From UHGV virus genome UHGV-0171269: a DNA stretch of 38,485 bases. One strand, 5' to 3'. Shown one piece after another: positions 35,381 to 38,485 of this stretch (within the stretch, counting starts at the first letter, position 1; every line of letters starts with the position of its first letter). The notes under the pieces are model-generated. The model was not told where the DNA came from and did not search any database. It saw only the letters and a list, made by a program, of their open reading frames with translations. The translations under genes and the position numbers were made by a program. The stretch comes from a virus.

Positions 35381-36920
35381 TATTTAAATTGCTAAAGTTC
35401 CGGCCAAAGCTCTTCTTTACATGCGTCTCTCCTCCTCCACTTACATTCCCAAGCAAACCAGCCATCCGAGCCTCAGCTATGTATCTCAACGAATCACTCC
35501 AATGCGACGAACTATCATGCACGATCTCGTTCTTATAGGCCCCATTCTCTCCAAGCGCTGGCTTCATCCTGTAGCTTAACCAATACGGATAAGCCTTCTC
35601 CGTCCCCCCTATATCAAATCTCAATAAAGGGAACATCCCTAGCAAGTAATTGATACTTATCCATTTATCTCTTATTCTAGGCAAGCATACTATCCCCGGC
35701 AACCCAGCCTGTTGCCACATGTACGCCTGACTTAAACCCGTATCCGTCGTGTACCCAGCATCATGCGGAAATATGTTCCGCATCAAGGTAGGAAATCTAC
35801 TCAACAACCGAGCCGTCCTCTGCGCCGGACCCTCACTGCTATATTGGCCGCAATCGCTATCAACTATCCATATCAACCCCTCCTTCAACTGGAACACCGT
35901 CGAAACCGTATTCAACGGATTCCCCAAGTCCCATGTCGCATAACACGGCAATGTCGGATCATATGGCGCATGCAAAAAATGACCATCCCTCATCGACGCC
36001 TCAAGAACTTCCTCCAATATCGCACCTTCCATCGGCACCTCAAACGCCTCGTCAAGCGTAGAAGGGTATTCCTCGTTCATCGATAAGCCATGTTGCCTCT
36101 TCGCCTTCTGCCACCAAACCTTCTGCCTGTCTTCCAAGTCGATCCCATATTTCGCCTTCAACGTCGTAAAGTAACTCTTCGTACTCTCCGTCAACGGCTC
36201 ATCATCATCACTAACATTGCTCTCATCTTCCCACCACGGCAAAAATACAACGTTAAAGTCCTTCTCCCCCCTATGCCCCTCTTCTATCGATAACGCATTC
36301 ATCACGTTCTCATAGAATATCCCCTTCTTCCCCCCTCTTACTGTCGTCTCAACAAAAATAAATCCATCCTTCGCCGCAGGAAACGTCGCATTCACTATCT
36401 CCGCCGCCCTCTTCGGCTCCGTCGCACTTATCGTTCCCAACTCCGATATGTGCGCAAACCCCAAACCACTGCCCCTAAAGTATTTACCACCAACTATACG
36501 GCTCGACTTCCTACCAACCATCTCCACCGTAATCATCTTGTTGTTAAATTCCATCTTAAACAACCAAGGCAATTTCCTCCTCAAACTCTCCAACGCAACC
36601 CTCACTATCTCCCTCAACTTCTCCTCAGCATCAGGTTGCGTCCTGTCAACCAACGCCAATAACCACCCCTCATTAAACGCCGCCATGTCCGCCATCATCA
36701 CACCAATACACGTACTACACCCCTGACGACGCGACTTCGGCACCAAAAACCTCTTCTTCCCCCTCAAATAACACTCCTCATGCAACCTACGCTGGAATTC
36801 CCTAGGCTCATATCTAATCACTCGACCATCCGTCAACTTGATCTCATACAAGTTGCTCAGCCTCCACATAGGGTCTTTCAACCTTTCCAATAACAATCTC
36901 TTCTCTTCCGAACTTAACAT
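35301..36920 (-). CDS. Terminase large subunit (539 aa)
   Basis: Walker-A-like VPKSRRQGCST, acidic FLPWWEDE, a C-terminal nuclease-like region. Sits before the portal. Confidence 0.7.
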   Translation of the reverse strand: MLSSEEKRLLLERLKDPMWRLSNLYEIKLTDGRVIRYEPREFQRRLHEECYLRGKKRFLVPKSRRQGCSTCIGVMMADMAAFNEGWLLALVDRTQPDAEEKLREIVRVALESLRRKLPWLFKMEFNNKMITVEMVGRKSSRIVGGKYFRGSGLGFAHISELGTISATEPKRAAEIVNATFPAAKDGFIFVETTVRGGKKGIFYENVMNALSIEEGHRGEKDFNVVFLPWWEDESNVSDDDEPLTESTKSYFTTLKAKYGIDLEDRQKVWWQKAKRQHGLSMNEEYPSTLDEAFEVPMEGAILEEVLEASMRDGHFLHAPYDPTLPCYATWDLGNPLNTVSTVFQLKEGLIWIVDSDCGQYSSEGPAQRTARLLSRFPTLMRNIFPHDAGYTTDTGLSQAYMWQQAGLPGIVCLPRIRDKWISINYLLGMFPLLRFDIGGTEKAYPYWLSYRMKPALGENGAYKNEIVHDSSSHWSDSLRYIAEARMAGLLGNVSGGGETHVKKSFGRNFSNLNIDRNNYEGLMSRRGGARGPESFRRGF

Positions 36921-36939
36921 ATCAACCCCTAATCCTTTA

Positions 36940-37437
36940 CTATCTAACTATCTCTCTCATCTCAAACTCAACCGCCTGCCAGTCAACATTAACGTGCGGA
37001 CCAATCGCCTCTTTGCTCATAAATTTCCACGCAAACAACACCAAATCTGTACTATCCCTACCTCCATACTTCTTATACAACCACCTAGCCTTCCCCTTAA
37101 TCCGGTACTTCGTCCTGCTCCGCAATACATAAAACTTACACGTCTCCTCTCCATCAACCACATCATCCCCAGCAGAAACCCCAGCAGGCCTAATCCCATT
37201 CAGGTTCTCAACTCCCCTCAGCTTAGAACCCTCATAAACCAATTTATATTTCTTACTCAAATACCTCTTCTTCTCTTCCAATTTCCCGTCCCTCTCGTAT
37301 ATGTCATACGCCCTCCTAACATTCAAACTACATCTCCCGTACTTCTTCCACCCCATCAGCAAGTAATACAACTCCTGCTCAAATTTCCTAACTCCCTTCC
37401 CCTCTACCTCCAACCGCGCCTCATTACTTATCCCCAT
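36940..37437 (-). CDS. Candidate terminase small subunit (165 aa)
   Basis: Lies directly upstream of TerL. K/R/G/E/Y-rich with almost no CCN or CAN codons, giving a G-free plus strand. Confidence 0.35.
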   Translation of the reverse strand: MGISNEARLEVEGKGVRKFEQELYYLLMGWKKYGRCSLNVRRAYDIYERDGKLEEKKRYLSKKYKLVYEGSKLRGVENLNGIRPAGVSAGDDVVDGEETCKFYVLRSRTKYRIKGKARWLYKKYGGRDSTDLVLFAWKFMSKEAIGPHVNVDWQAVEFEMREIVR

Positions 37438-37924
37438 AATTCCCCCCTTTCAACAATTCACTAAGCTCACTCCCCATCTCCTCTTCACTACCCCCTCCAT
37501 TCCCAAGCCATCCCTTCATCCTTATAAACATGCTCAACGCCTGCAACTGGTCCTTCCCACTCACTCCTTCCCCCCTACCCATCTTACTCAACAACCGCTC
37601 CACCTCTCCCCTACTCAACACACCAACTTCTCCATCATCCACTAAATCCATACCCAGCTCCTCCTTCAACATCTCTAACAACTCCCCCTCATTCCTCCTC
37701 ATACCATCCTCAAAATATTCATCTCTCTCCCCTAACAAATCTGTACTAATCTCACCATAGCTCTTCCTCCCCAACAACACCAACAACATTCCTCTCAACT
37801 CCACCATCCCTACCTTCAACCCATAACCAAGCCTCTCTAACTCCTTCTCCCTCTCTTCACTCTCATCACACTCCAACAACCAGACAATATGCCTCTCAAG
37901 CTCTTCCGATAATTCTTCTCTCAT
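37424..37924 (-). CDS. Glu/Leu/Gly-rich low-complexity protein (166 aa), the first gene of the leftward arm
   Basis: ORF track. Extremely C-depleted coding strand. Confidence 0.35.
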   Translation of the reverse strand: MREELSEELERHIVWLLECDESEEREKELERLGYGLKVGMVELRGMLLVLLGRKSYGEISTDLLGERDEYFEDGMRRNEGELLEMLKEELGMDLVDDGEVGVLSRGEVERLLSKMGRGEGVSGKDQLQALSMFIRMKGWLGNGGGSEEEMGSELSELLKGGNYGDK

Positions 37925-38211
37925 CTCAAAAACATATATAAATCATCCTCTCATCATTGTCTATGCTTTTTTCCCATAAAGCCCCAACACAACAAAACTA
38001 CAAATCCTCTCCTATACTCTACATATACTATACTCCATCTCTTTTCTCAGATTTTTCTTACACGAGGTACCCTTCTTCGTGCGCTTGACGCCGCCGCCGC
38101 TTTTCTCCCGCCGGCCCCCTCGAGACCCCCTCCAGTGGTCCCCCTAGGGGTGGGGTTATCGTCTCGGCTACGCTAAGAGGGGTGAGCTGGAGAGGTCGAG
38201 CGTCAGGCATT

Positions 38212-38240
38212 GCGGTGCGTGGTGCGTGGTGTTGCGTGGT
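38212..38240. repeat. Iteron-like tandem heptamers GCGGT-GCGTGGT-GCGTGGT-GTT-GCGTGGT
   Basis: Read directly. Confidence 0.8.
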
Positions 38241-38264
38241 CTATCATGTTGTTGGCGTCACCAA

Positions 38265-38279
38265 GATGATGATGATGAT
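38265..38279. repeat. (GAT)5 trinucleotide repeat
   Basis: Read directly. Confidence 0.9.
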
Positions 38280-38401
38280 TTGAAAAAAATGTGACGAGTT
38301 GACAAAAAAGCTTGCAATGGTGAGAGAAAATTGACACAAAGAGTGCATCAAGTGAGGGGCACGACGCCTCGAACGACGACAACCGACAACCAAAAACAAA
38401 C

Positions 38402-38485
38402 ATGAAAGTGACCATTAACAAACTAGCATCAAAGCGCCTCTTAGAGGCATTTGCCAAAGTCGGAGCTTGCAGGACCGAGGAGCAA
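38402..38485 (+). CDS. 5' part of an ORF that runs off the window end and matches the frame of 1..243
   Basis: ATG 38402 followed by 28 sense codons to the window end with no stop. No SD upstream, so the start is uncertain. Confidence 0.3.
   Translation, partial: MKVTINKLASKRLLEAFAKVGACRTEEQ

Larger units (their letters stand above)
37925..38401. promoter_or_regulatory. Divergent control region containing a GC-rich palindrome, iterons, a (GAT)5 repeat and TTGACA boxes
   Basis: No ORFs. Leftward and rightward gene arms start on either side. Strand composition switches at ~38150. Confidence 0.6.

Noticed and set aside
36838-37464. 208-aa Pro/Leu/Ser-rich plus-strand ORF, and a similar one at 37530..37760
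   Set aside because: The plus strand here is almost G-free, so TAG and TGA stops cannot occur. Long antisense ORFs arise by chance, and the product is low-complexity.
38203-38457. 84-aa minus-strand ORF across the control region
   Set aside because: It overlaps iterons, the microsatellite and promoter boxes. It is His/Cys-rich junk with no RBS.
1-38485. Integrase, attachment-site repeats or tRNA genes marking a prophage boundary
   Set aside because: None was recognisable. Both window ends are coding and in frame with each other, which favours a circularised phage genome over an integrated element.

Overview
The window reads as a complete or near-complete ~38.5 kb double-stranded DNA podovirus-like phage genome. 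It appears to be circularly permuted: an ORF stays open, in frame, across the window ends. Gene boundaries, Shine-Dalgarno sites, terminators and repeats below are read directly from the sequence. Protein family assignments are motif-level recognition only; no database search was possible.

- **Layout.** Positions 38402 through the wrap to ~12.7 kb carry a rightward (+) early/DNA-metabolism arm. The minus strand from ~37.9 kb down to ~12.9 kb carries a leftward late arm.
- **Late arm order.** Candidate small terminase, large terminase, portal, scaffold (307 aa), major capsid, tail-tubular-like proteins, internal-virion/ejection-like proteins including a 2029-aa giant, a tail fibre, then a lysis cassette with an Amidase_3-type endolysin.
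- **Early arm content.** Many small genes preceded by strong AGGAG ribosome-binding sites, a RecT-like annealing protein, an embedded leftward DnaD-like/DnaC-like pair, and a RuvC-like resolvase.
- **Lower-GC accessory island (~6.5-12.2 kb).** It carries a Lar-like zinc-ribbon protein, a Dam (DPPY) N6-adenine methyltransferase, a Cas4-like PD-(D/E)xK nuclease with an Fe-S-type cysteine cluster, and a C5-cytosine (Dcm-type) methyltransferase.
- **What is absent.** No integrase, tRNA, CRISPR array, RNA polymerase or DNA polymerase was recognised.

Most unusual observations:
1. A ~600-nt, almost C-free, G/A-rich non-coding tract (2.3-2.94 kb) lies downstream of a terminator and a TTGACAC box. I read it as a candidate R-loop/G-quadruplex origin or long non-coding RNA.
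2. Both divergent transcription units show mirror-image sense-strand cytosine depletion that is extreme near their starts.
3. The 477-bp divergent control region (37925-38401) holds a GC-rich palindrome centred on CCCCTAGGGG, GCGTGGT iterons, a (GAT)5 repeat and TTGACA boxes.
4. A G10 homopolymer sits just upstream of a tail-fibre-adjacent gene.
5. A perfect in-frame 30-bp tandem duplication, a conserved post-stop TAACAATCAA motif, and a possible frameshift at an A6 run.
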